From Desulfotalea psychrophila LSv54 (lineage in GTDB: Bacteria > Desulfobacterota > Desulfobulbia > Desulfobulbales > Desulfocapsaceae), in the NCBI RefSeq assembly GCF_000025945.1, contig NC_006138.1, positions 1,020,001 to 1,052,000 on the forward strand: a stretch of 32,000 nt of DNA. Reading direction: 5' to 3'. A program made the translations under genes and the position numbers. Shown piece after piece: positions 9,607-17,533 of this stretch. A model generated the notes under the pieces. It had not been told where the DNA came from and did not search any database. It saw only the letters and a list, made by a program, of their open reading frames with translations. Within the stretch, counting starts at the first letter, position 1. Each line of letters opens with the position of its first letter.

Positions 9607-9713
9607 TCTATCCTAAGTGATCATAGCTAGGTCATTTTATTGTTTGTCTTAGGGCTGGCCTCTATATTGAAAATATAAGAATTATAAAATAATCACAGGG
9701 GATAATAGTAATT

Positions 9714-11045
9714 ATGGCTGAATTACAGAAAAAATATGGCTTTTGGACGGCAACGGCTATGGTGGTCGGTATCGTCATTGGCTCGGGTGTCTTCTTTAAG
9801 GCTGATAACGTGTTGAGGGCCGCCGGTGGCAGTTTGCCTATTGCCCTCTTGGCCTGGGCAATAGGTGGAGCTATTATGATTGTCACTGCCTATGTCTTCT
9901 CATTGGTGGCAAATAGGATGAGCAAGGTCAATGGTGTTTCAGATTATTTTGAATCGGCCTATGGTAAGACTGCCAGTTATTTTGTCGGTTGGTTTATGGC
10001 AATTGTCTATTATCCCAGTTTGGTGGCCGTTCTTGCTTGGGTTTCTGCTAATTATAGCACTGGTTTAATTGGTAAACCAGATTGGTTGTGGCCCCTGGCC
10101 TTTGCCTATATGGTTGTCTTCTTTTTATTGAATGTTTTCTCGCCAGTTTTAGCCGGTAAATGGCAGGTCTCTACAACTATAATCAAGCTTATTCCGCTTG
10201 GCCTGGTGGCTATTGTTGGAGCGATTTCCGGTCTGATGACGGGTCAAACTCTGGAGAGTTTTAGCGTTTCTGCAACTGTAGTAGGTGATAATGCGGGTGG
10301 TCTTGCCGTGGCCACACTTGCCACTGCTTTTGCCTACGAGGGTTGGATTCTCGCTACCTCAATCAACGCTGAATTAGAGGATGCTAAGAAAAACCTGCCT
10401 CGTGCTCTAGTGGTAGGAACACTGGCTGTTGCCCTTATCTACATGCTCTACTATCTCGGTATTTCAGGTGTACTCTCAAATGCTGATCTGATTGCTGCAG
10501 GCGATGCTGCCCCGGTAAATGTTATCTCTATTGTCTTTGGTAATATTGGCGGCACCGTACTCACCGTCTTTGTGGTTTTGTCCTGTTTGGGTACTCTCAA
10601 CGGTTTGATTATGGCCTCCAGCCGTGGCATGTATGTGGTTGCCTATCATGGGCAGGGGCCAAAGCCAAAATTTTTTGCCGCTGTAAATGCAACGTATAAT
10701 AGCACCCTTAACTCTGCTCTTGTTGGTTTTGTTATTTCTACCTTCTGGCTGGGAGTTTGGTACGGTAACTTTGCCGGTTGGTGGGGAGGATTTCTTGATA
10801 TTTCAGAACTGCCAATTGCCTTTCTCTATGTCTGTTACATAGCAATTTATATATGGGTTATTCGCGCCTTTGACGAACTTGGTCCTTTGAGCCGTTATCT
10901 TGCCCCATTTTGCGCAGGACTTGGTTCCCTCTACATTATCTGGGGTGCCAGTCAAAAAGATTTTTTCTCCCTCTTTCTGGTTATTCTGGCGGCGATATTT
11001 GCGGTGGGTTTTATTCTAAAGGACGAACAGAGTTGTCTGCGCTGA
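9714..11045 (+). CDS. APC-superfamily amino acid permease
   Basis: 443 aa with about 12 TM helices. The N-terminal WTATAMVVGIVIGSGVFFK motif is typical of amino acid/polyamine/organocation transporters. Confidence 0.85.
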   Translation: MAELQKKYGFWTATAMVVGIVIGSGVFFKADNVLRAAGGSLPIALLAWAIGGAIMIVTAYVFSLVANRMSKVNGVSDYFESAYGKTASYFVGWFMAIVYYPSLVAVLAWVSANYSTGLIGKPDWLWPLAFAYMVVFFLLNVFSPVLAGKWQVSTTIIKLIPLGLVAIVGAISGLMTGQTLESFSVSATVVGDNAGGLAVATLATAFAYEGWILATSINAELEDAKKNLPRALVVGTLAVALIYMLYYLGISGVLSNADLIAAGDAAPVNVISIVFGNIGGTVLTVFVVLSCLGTLNGLIMASSRGMYVVAYHGQGPKPKFFAAVNATYNSTLNSALVGFVISTFWLGVWYGNFAGWWGGFLDISELPIAFLYVCYIAIYIWVIRAFDELGPLSRYLAPFCAGLGSLYIIWGASQKDFFSLFLVILAAIFAVGFILKDEQSCLR

Positions 11046-11085
11046 GGCTGAAAAAAATGGTAGGTCTACCATAAGGTGTTATACC

Positions 11086-11116
11086 AACCCTGCTCTTTTA
11101 AGAGCAGGGTTTTTTG
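11086..11116. terminator. Bidirectional terminator between the permease (+) and ogt (-)
   Basis: 11-bp stem aaccctgctct (11086-11096) / agagcagggtt (11101-11111) followed by tttttg. The stem includes the last codons of ogt. Confidence 0.7.
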
Positions 11117-11592
11117 TTGTCTTGTCCCTCCAGTTGGAGAAGAAATTCTTTCCGTTCCAGCCCTGAAGAGAACCCCCCCAGACTGCCATCGGCGGCAATG
11201 ACCCGGTGACAGGGCTGGATGATGCTAATGGGGTTTTTGCCATTGGCTCCTCCCACTGCCCGGTATGCCTTGGGCTTGTCGATGCGATGGGCCATCTCTT
11301 TGTAGCTGATGGTCTTTCCATAGGGGATGCGACAGAGTTCCTGCCATACCCTCATTTGAAAAGCTGTTCCTGTGGGTGCCAGAAGGAGGTCGAATTGTTT
11401 GCGTTTTCCCTTAAAGTACTCCGCTAATTGTTGAGTAACCTCTTGCAGCCTCTCCGGACTATATTGCCAACCTTCTTCCAGGCGTCCCCTCTCCTCAAAG
11501 AAGAGATGGTGTAGTCCATGGGAACTAGCAGCTATAACTATACTTCCCAGAGGGCTATGGACTTGGTCAAAATAGATCTGTTGTTTTTCCAT
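11098..11592 (-). CDS. ogt: Methylated-DNA-protein-cysteine methyltransferase
   Basis: Active site IIQPCHRVI, plus YGKTISYKEMA and the NPISIIxPCHRV pattern. Confidence 0.93.
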   Translation of the reverse strand: MEKQQIYFDQVHSPLGSIVIAASSHGLHHLFFEERGRLEEGWQYSPERLQEVTQQLAEYFKGKRKQFDLLLAPTGTAFQMRVWQELCRIPYGKTISYKEMAHRIDKPKAYRAVGGANGKNPISIIQPCHRVIAADGSLGGFSSGLERKEFLLQLEGQDNKKPCS

Positions 11593-11667
11593 GGAGTTTT
11601 TCTTTTCCCTGTATAAAAGGGATAATTGGTAAGGCTTAGGCCCCGTTAAGAGCCGAAGCGTCAGCGA

Positions 11668-13296
11668 CTACTCTTTAATACAGGCAATATGGGCGGCTCC
11701 GACGGCGTTACCCACCTCGCAATGCAGGGGAAAGGAGACCATTGTGCCCAGTTTCTTTGCCACCTCAGGGAGGAGGTGGCGGGCAACTGCGCCGATCCCG
11801 ATGAGTGGGGCTTTTATGGTGAAGTCAACTCCAAGCATGGGATGCTTTTTACGATTTTCGATAAAATTGGTTAGTGAATTTCCCCAGTAATGTTGGATAA
11901 CATAGTCGAGGATAAGATTTTCAATTAAGTTCTGGCTCCTGTTGACTACCTGTTGGGAGAATTCCTCTGCTGTCATCTCGCATTTTTTCCCCAGGATATC
12001 AGCTGCCCTTCTTGCCCGGCTCCCGTCTCCCAGATTTATCTTGCCCAAGACGTGCAGGGCGTCGGTGGGGGTGAAGCCGCATTCAATAATGAGCTGATTT
12101 TTAGCCAGTTTTTCAAGTTGTTTTTCGAGAATTATGCCACTGTGTCCTGTGGCCTTGCAGATCTCCTTTACTGTTGCAGCCCCTGCTCCTTGGAGAAAGG
12201 TGAAAATATCTGTTGGGGCCTCTTCTCTCTGGCCGAGGACGGGGATGATCAGCTTTGACGAGTCTTTTTCTGTCAGCCATTCTTCGAGGGACGGTCCTAT
12301 TGGGCAGAGAGAGATGGGGGTAACACGAACGGGGCCAATGGAGAAATCACCTCGTTCGACCTGGACATGGCTGTCTCCGCCTATGGCTCCTGTGTGCATA
12401 TCGACGGCCTCAATATGGGTTCGCCATGAACCAATTTGGCAACCATCTTCTCTGAGGACAGGCTGACCATTGTTATCAAGCATGGTAATGTCTGTTGTGG
12501 TGCCGCCGATATCAATGACAAGTCCTGCCAGATCTGTTTGCATGCTGCCAAAGTGGGCGGTACAGGCCGGGCCACTGGCTACGGTCAGGGCCGCATGACG
12601 GATAATATGGCTGGCATCGACCAGTTGCCCGTTGCCAGCCACCAGGGTCATGGGGCAGGAGAGATTTTTTTCTTCCATGGCCGTGAGGACAGCATCCACA
12701 TAGTTTTGCATAACAGGCATGAGTTTGGCGTGCAGACCTGCGGTGGCCGCCCGCTGTTCCATGCCGGCAATATTGCTTGCCTGATGGGAGCAGAAGACAG
12801 GCTTATCGCCATCGAGCATTTTTATCGCCTCCTGGGCGACAAGTTCGTGGGCGGGATTTTTTATGGACATTGCAGAGCAGATACCATAGGCATCCACCTC
12901 TTCCCGCAGACCTTCGATGATGCTGACAAGATATTCCAGATCAAGGGGAACTTCTTCTTTTCCCTGGATATTGTGACCACCCTTGATGAAGACGACGGCC
13001 TTTACCGGCAGCTTAAAATGTTTTACATAGCCGATGACCAATAGGGCAACCTCTGCCCCTTTGTTTTCGACCACAGAGTTGGTGGCAAGGGTGGAGGAGA
13101 CGGCGATTTTTTTTACCTGATGCGGCTCTATGGCAGAGGCGTCGAGCAGGGCGCTGAGGGCATCTCTTGTTCCGAGGGCAAGGTTATGATGGGTGGTGGG
13201 CCTTTTTGCCGTTGCTATGATTTTACCTGTGTCCTGTTCCATCAGCACTGCATCGGTGCAGGTGCCTCCGGTGTCTATACCAATTACGTAATTCAT
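11668..13296 (-). CDS. Hydantoinase/oxoprolinase-family (actin-like ATPase) protein
   Basis: Two phosphate-binding motifs, VIGIDTGGTCTDAV at the N-terminus and VIDIGGTTTDI centrally. There is a C-terminal extension containing GFTPTDALHVLG. Confidence 0.75.
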   Translation of the reverse strand: MNYVIGIDTGGTCTDAVLMEQDTGKIIATAKRPTTHHNLALGTRDALSALLDASAIEPHQVKKIAVSSTLATNSVVENKGAEVALLVIGYVKHFKLPVKAVVFIKGGHNIQGKEEVPLDLEYLVSIIEGLREEVDAYGICSAMSIKNPAHELVAQEAIKMLDGDKPVFCSHQASNIAGMEQRAATAGLHAKLMPVMQNYVDAVLTAMEEKNLSCPMTLVAGNGQLVDASHIIRHAALTVASGPACTAHFGSMQTDLAGLVIDIGGTTTDITMLDNNGQPVLREDGCQIGSWRTHIEAVDMHTGAIGGDSHVQVERGDFSIGPVRVTPISLCPIGPSLEEWLTEKDSSKLIIPVLGQREEAPTDIFTFLQGAGAATVKEICKATGHSGIILEKQLEKLAKNQLIIECGFTPTDALHVLGKINLGDGSRARRAADILGKKCEMTAEEFSQQVVNRSQNLIENLILDYVIQHYWGNSLTNFIENRKKHPMLGVDFTIKAPLIGIGAVARHLLPEVAKKLGTMVSFPLHCEVGNAVGAAHIACIKE

Positions 13297-13542
13297 TTTT
13301 TCTCCAATATATTTAATATGTTAAAATGTTTTATTTTTATTGGTATACACCCTTTTTTCTAAAATATCAGTGAGAAATATTTGCCCTATCTGCCTGCTCT
13401 GTTGATAGTAGTCGTCTATAGGACGAGCTGCGGAATTCTCCGATATTGTCCCGGTTGTTCATGGCTGGCGGCCGGAGATTACTTATTGCCGAACGACCTT
13501 TTAGCCATTATGGTCAGGGGAGCTTGTATTGCTCTATAAAAA

Positions 13543-13575
13543 CACAGAGTAGGCACTCTGTGCAAGTTTTGGGTT
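13543..13575 (+). terminator. Orphan intrinsic-terminator-like hairpin in the leader region upstream of menA
   Basis: 8-bp stem cacagagt (13543-13550) / actctgtg (13555-13562) with loop aggc, followed by caagttttgggtttt. No + strand CDS ends here. Confidence 0.45.
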
Positions 13576-13660
13576 TTGTAACAGCCCCCTGTGATTTCTC
13601 CGCCCATCAATTTTGGGCCGTTGATAATATAAATGATAAATTGAGGTAGGTGTACCCCCT

Positions 13661-14554
13661 ATGGAAAATGAAAAGCTTACAAAATGGGATCTGTGGCTAT
13701 TGGCAATACGTCCCAAAACCCTGCCTGCGGCGGTGGCCCCTGTACTCGTCGGTAGCGCAGCGGCCTTTTCCGATGGTTTTTTTCATCCTCTGCTTATGCT
13801 TGCCTGTCTGCTTGGCGCCCTGCTCCTGCAGATAGCTGTTAACTTTGCCAACGATTATTTCGATGCAAAAAATAATATTGATTCAGCAGAGAGACTGGGG
13901 CCTGTTCGGGTTACCCAGAGTGGACTTATTCCTGCCGCTCAGGTTAAATGGGCAATGGCTCTCGCCCTTGTCTTGGCGGTGCTCGTTTTCTCTTATCTCT
14001 CCTCTGTCGCCGGCTGGCCAATAGTTATGGTGATGATTGCCTCCGTGTTGGGCGCACTCGGTTACAGCGGCGGGCCTTATCCCTTAGCCTCTAATGGCCT
14101 TGGTGAGATCTTTGTCTTTATCTTCTTTGGACTTATTGCCGTTTGTGGCACCTATTTTATCCTTGCCGCTCAACTGGTGGCTTCGGCCTTTTTGGTTGCC
14201 ATTCCGCCGGGCCTGCTGATTACGGCTATAATGGTGATTAATAATCTTCGCGATATTGATACCGATAGCAGGAGTGGTAAAAAGACCCTGGCCGTTATTT
14301 TGGGTCGTTCGAGGACTATTCTCGAATATAGGCTTCTTCTGCTCTGTGCCTATCTCGTCCCTCTTGTCATGTTTTTAACAGGAACGAGCTATTTTATTCT
14401 GATGCCATTTTTCTCTCTCCCTCTTGCTATAAAGTTATGGGGTGAGGTGGAGCATTGTCTGGGCACGGAGTTGAATAGCACCCTGGCCAAGACAGCAAAG
14501 TTATCGCTGATGTTCAGTCTTGGTTTTGCCGTTGGTCTGGTGCTCGGTGCTTGA
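13661..14554 (+). CDS. menA: 1,4-dihydroxy-2-naphthoate polyprenyltransferase (UbiA family)
   Basis: LAIRPKTLPAAVAPVLVG, NDYFDAKNNID and NNLRDIDTD Asp-rich motifs, with about 8 TM helices. Confidence 0.88.
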   Translation: MENEKLTKWDLWLLAIRPKTLPAAVAPVLVGSAAAFSDGFFHPLLMLACLLGALLLQIAVNFANDYFDAKNNIDSAERLGPVRVTQSGLIPAAQVKWAMALALVLAVLVFSYLSSVAGWPIVMVMIASVLGALGYSGGPYPLASNGLGEIFVFIFFGLIAVCGTYFILAAQLVASAFLVAIPPGLLITAIMVINNLRDIDTDSRSGKKTLAVILGRSRTILEYRLLLLCAYLVPLVMFLTGTSYFILMPFFSLPLAIKLWGEVEHCLGTELNSTLAKTAKLSLMFSLGFAVGLVLGA

Positions 14555-14601
14555 TAGGTTCGTTGCGGGCATTTTTTGCTATATTTTGAGGGAGATGTAA
14601 A

Positions 14602-15402
14602 ATGGATTTTTTAGGTGTACGAGATAAAACCTTTGTGATTTTTGGCCTTGCCAATAAAAAATCAATCGCCTGCGCTATAGGCAAAAATTTAGTGGCAGCG
14701 GGCGCCCGGGTTATACATGTGGTTCGTTCAGAACAGCGCCTTGAAACTGCGCAGAAACTTTTTCCAGAAAGTTCCGTCTTTATCTGTGATGTTGAAGAGG
14801 AAGAAAATATAGTGGCAGTACGTGATAAAATTAAGGCACTTTTGGGAGAGACTCAGATTGATGGTATTGTCCACTCCATTGCCTTTGCCAACTACTCGGA
14901 AGGGTTAAAACCTTTTCACGAGACCTTGAAAAAGGATTTTCTTCAGGCAGTGAACATTTCCTGCTTTTCCTTTATCAGTATTGCCAACCACTTTAAGGGA
15001 CTTTTGGCTCCCACGGCATCGGTGCTGACCATCTCTATTTCGACCACTAAGATGGCTGCAGAAAATTATGGATATATGGCTCCTATTAAGGCGGCCCTTG
15101 ATTCGTCACTCTGCTTTTTGACCAAGTCCTTTTCTGCCTTTTCTGCTATTCGTTTTAATGCCGTGGCCCCCAGTCTTCTCAAGACCTCGGCCTCAGCTGG
15201 GGTTCCTGGCTATGTGGATAGTTATCTCTATGCCGAGAAGGTGATTCCACGGAAAAAGTCCCTGAAGACGACGGAGGCGGCAGACACTGCCACCTTTCTT
15301 CTTTCAGAGCGTTCATCTGGGATTGTTGGTCAAACAATTGTGGTGGATGCGGGGATGGCAATGAACTATTTTGATGCAGAGATTGTTAGGGCAGTAGCGT
15401 AA
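14602..15402 (+). CDS. fabI: Enoyl-[acyl-carrier-protein] reductase-like SDR (divergent FabI type)
   Basis: FGLANKKSIACAIG (FabI-type glycine-rich segment), VHSIAFA, Y-x6-K in NYGYMAPIKAAL, RFNAVAPSLLKT and VVDAG. The residue aligned with the first FabI active-site Tyr is not Tyr. Confidence 0.7.
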   Translation: MDFLGVRDKTFVIFGLANKKSIACAIGKNLVAAGARVIHVVRSEQRLETAQKLFPESSVFICDVEEEENIVAVRDKIKALLGETQIDGIVHSIAFANYSEGLKPFHETLKKDFLQAVNISCFSFISIANHFKGLLAPTASVLTISISTTKMAAENYGYMAPIKAALDSSLCFLTKSFSAFSAIRFNAVAPSLLKTSASAGVPGYVDSYLYAEKVIPRKKSLKTTEAADTATFLLSERSSGIVGQTIVVDAGMAMNYFDAEIVRAVA

Positions 15403-15419
15403 ATTACAGGGAGGATTTA

Positions 15420-16244
15420 ATGGTTGATTTTACTGTAGATGAGGGAAAATGTATCGGCTGTGGTCAATGCGTTGCCGATTGTCCTCTTTCACTTCTGGAG
15501 ATGCGAGACGGTATTCCTCTTCTTGCCCGGCGAAAGCAACAGTTTTGTATCGGCTGTTTGCACTGTTTTGCCGTTTGTGATGAGGCTGCTCTCTCTATTC
15601 TTGGTCATGATCCCTTGCAGGCAAAAGAGATATCTCGTGACCTTTTGCCCAAACCTGCCCAGATGGAGATGCTTATTCGGGGCAGACGTTCTATCCGAAA
15701 TTATCAAAACCGTAATCTTGCTCCGGAACTCATAGACGATCTCTTAGATACAGCCTGGCAGGCCCCGACGGGTAGAAATGTCCGTGGTTTGCTCTTTAGT
15801 GTAGTTGATGACAAGGCGGTCCTGGCTGATATTCGGCAGGAGATGCTGGCGGAGATTCAGCGCCTTGATGAGGGAGGACTGATTGATGAAGACTATAGCG
15901 CCTTTGCTAAGTTTCCCTCGGCCTGGGAGGAAGGGTATGATGTTCTCTTCTGTAAGGCACCGCATCTTTTGGTGGTATCGGCAGCAGATGATCTGCCGAC
16001 GCCAATGCAGGATGCTGTCATTGCCATGACCACCTTCGAGCTTTACGCCCAAAGCCATGGGGTAGGTACTCTCTGGGATGGGCTAGCTACAATTGCCCTG
16101 AGGGATCTTGTCCCCGCCATGCAAAAACGTCTGGGTATTCCTGAGGGCCATCATCTCTGCTATGCTATGTGCTTTGGCTACCCTGCCCTGCATTACGCAC
16201 GAATGGCCAGTAGAGACCATGCTCGGGTAGAGCGGGTTCGTTAA
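15420..16244 (+). CDS. 2x[4Fe-4S] ferredoxin domain fused to a nitroreductase-family flavoprotein
   Basis: CIGCGQCVADCP and CIGCLHCFAVCD cluster motifs, followed by RRSIRNY and the nitroreductase fold. Confidence 0.85.
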   Translation: MVDFTVDEGKCIGCGQCVADCPLSLLEMRDGIPLLARRKQQFCIGCLHCFAVCDEAALSILGHDPLQAKEISRDLLPKPAQMEMLIRGRRSIRNYQNRNLAPELIDDLLDTAWQAPTGRNVRGLLFSVVDDKAVLADIRQEMLAEIQRLDEGGLIDEDYSAFAKFPSAWEEGYDVLFCKAPHLLVVSAADDLPTPMQDAVIAMTTFELYAQSHGVGTLWDGLATIALRDLVPAMQKRLGIPEGHHLCYAMCFGYPALHYARMASRDHARVERVR

Positions 16245-16255
16245 GTTAAAAAGAA

Positions 16256-16296
16256 AAAAGCCCCAACCTCTAAACGAGGTTGGGGCTTTTTTTTTA
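16256..16296. terminator. Bidirectional terminator (nitroreductase gene on +, cyd operon on -)
   Basis: 11-bp GC-rich stem gccccaacctc (16260-16270) / gaggttggggc (16276-16286), with an A-run upstream and a T9 run downstream. Confidence 0.85.
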
Positions 16297-16386
16297 TAAA
16301 TTATTGCTCTTTTTCAGGGCGAAGATGATCAGCCTGTAGGAGACGAGGGGGAGGGCGATCCAGCCAATAAGTAATACTCCTATCAT
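16294..16386 (-). CDS. 30-aa hydrophobic peptide, candidate cytochrome bd small subunit (CydX/CydS-like); absent from the ORF track
   Basis: ATG at 16386, GGAG at 16393-16396 (6-nt spacer), 15 nt after the cydB stop. Translation is MIGVLLIGWIALPLVSYRLIIFALKKSNNL, a single TM helix. It ends at the operon terminator. Confidence 0.6.
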   Translation of the reverse strand: MIGVLLIGWIALPLVSYRLIIFALKKSNNL

Positions 16387-16401
16387 ATCGAACTCCTTTG
16401 C

Positions 16402-17532
16402 TTAATAAGCTTTTTTATCGTTAATATCCTCAAGACTTAACTTCTTGTTATCCATCTGTTTCCAAAAGTAGATAATATAGGCGAGAACAAATGGGATGAT
16501 GAGGGCTACATAGGCCATGGTGGCAAGGGTGTAGTGGCTTGATGAGGCATTGTAAATGGTTAGGCTTGATTGCAGATCAACCTTTGATGGATAAAAGGAT
16601 GTACCGTTGTAGCCCGCAGTAAAGAAGAGGGCCAGGCCGACGAAGAAGGTGCCGAGGCCTGCAGGCCAGATAGCCCTGTAGCTTTTTTTGAAAGCGGTGA
16701 TGAATACTGCATAGATTATGAGAATAAGGCCAAGTAATAACAGGCCGAGGGTGATGGGCATGGCCGTGAGGTTTTGCAGGTATTTATGGGCGACCATGCT
16801 CACAGCGCCATCGCTGCCTACGCCAAAACCGTCCATGGTGAGGAGGCTGATCAGGAGATAGAGAAGGAAAGGCAGGGCGCAGATGAGGTTTGTAAGGCAG
16901 GCCTTGCGCAGGCGTCTCTCCAACGCCTCCATGTCGGTGAGATCGATATTGTTGAGCAGGTAGAGGGAGCCCAGTACCCGGGAGTTGAAGACCAGAAAGA
17001 GACCGAAGGAGAGATTAAAGAGGGAGAATGCCGCCTCCAGACCCCGCAGTGGATGTGTCCAACTCACCTGGTTAAAGTCATTGAGGGTGAAGTTTGAGCC
17101 GGTGAAGAAGGTGCCCACGGCTGCGCCGATAAGGAGAATGCCGAGGGTGCCATTGATCAGCAGGAAAAATTCGTAGGTGCTTGAACCATAGAGATTGTCT
17201 GGCTTTTTCCGGTATTCAAAGCTCACGGCCTGGAGGATGAAGGTGAAGAGAATCAGCATCCATACCCAATAGGCACCGCCAAAACTTGTGGCATAAAATT
17301 TGGGAAATGCAGCAAAAAGTGCCCCGCCAAAGAGGACCAGAGTGGTAAAGGTCAGCTCCCATTTTCGGCCAAGGGAATTGATTACCAGTGATTTTTCTGT
17401 ATCGGTTTTGCCAACCTGCCAGAGGAGGCTTTGTCCACCCTGAACAAAGTTGAGAAAAAGGAAGAGAGAGCCGATAACGGCGACAAGAAGCCACCATATC
17501 TGTTGTAAAACTGCCATGTCAAGGTTACCCAT
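16402..17532 (-). CDS. cydB: Cytochrome bd ubiquinol/menaquinol oxidase subunit II
   Basis: 376-aa polytopic protein immediately downstream of cydA (stop and start 1 nt apart). The N-terminal LQQIWWLLVAVIGSLFLFLNFVQGG is typical of CydB. Confidence 0.92.
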   Translation of the reverse strand: MGNLDMAVLQQIWWLLVAVIGSLFLFLNFVQGGQSLLWQVGKTDTEKSLVINSLGRKWELTFTTLVLFGGALFAAFPKFYATSFGGAYWVWMLILFTFILQAVSFEYRKKPDNLYGSSTYEFFLLINGTLGILLIGAAVGTFFTGSNFTLNDFNQVSWTHPLRGLEAAFSLFNLSFGLFLVFNSRVLGSLYLLNNIDLTDMEALERRLRKACLTNLICALPFLLYLLISLLTMDGFGVGSDGAVSMVAHKYLQNLTAMPITLGLLLLGLILIIYAVFITAFKKSYRAIWPAGLGTFFVGLALFFTAGYNGTSFYPSKVDLQSSLTIYNASSSHYTLATMAYVALIIPFVLAYIIYFWKQMDNKKLSLEDINDKKAY

Positions 17533-17533
17533 T

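Noticed and set aside
12436-13044. 202-aa + strand ORF, along with 11953-12258 and 12134-12466, inside the hydantoinase-like gene
   Set aside because: These are antisense shadow ORFs within a well-supported minus-strand CDS. They have no RBS and no recognisable motif, and their composition (Gly/Ala/His-rich) is typical of reverse-frame artefacts.
13446-13649. 67-codon + strand ORF in the menA leader
   Set aside because: It has a TTG start, no RBS and no recognisable motif, and it reads through the terminator-like hairpin. I treated the region as non-coding leader or possible sRNA instead.
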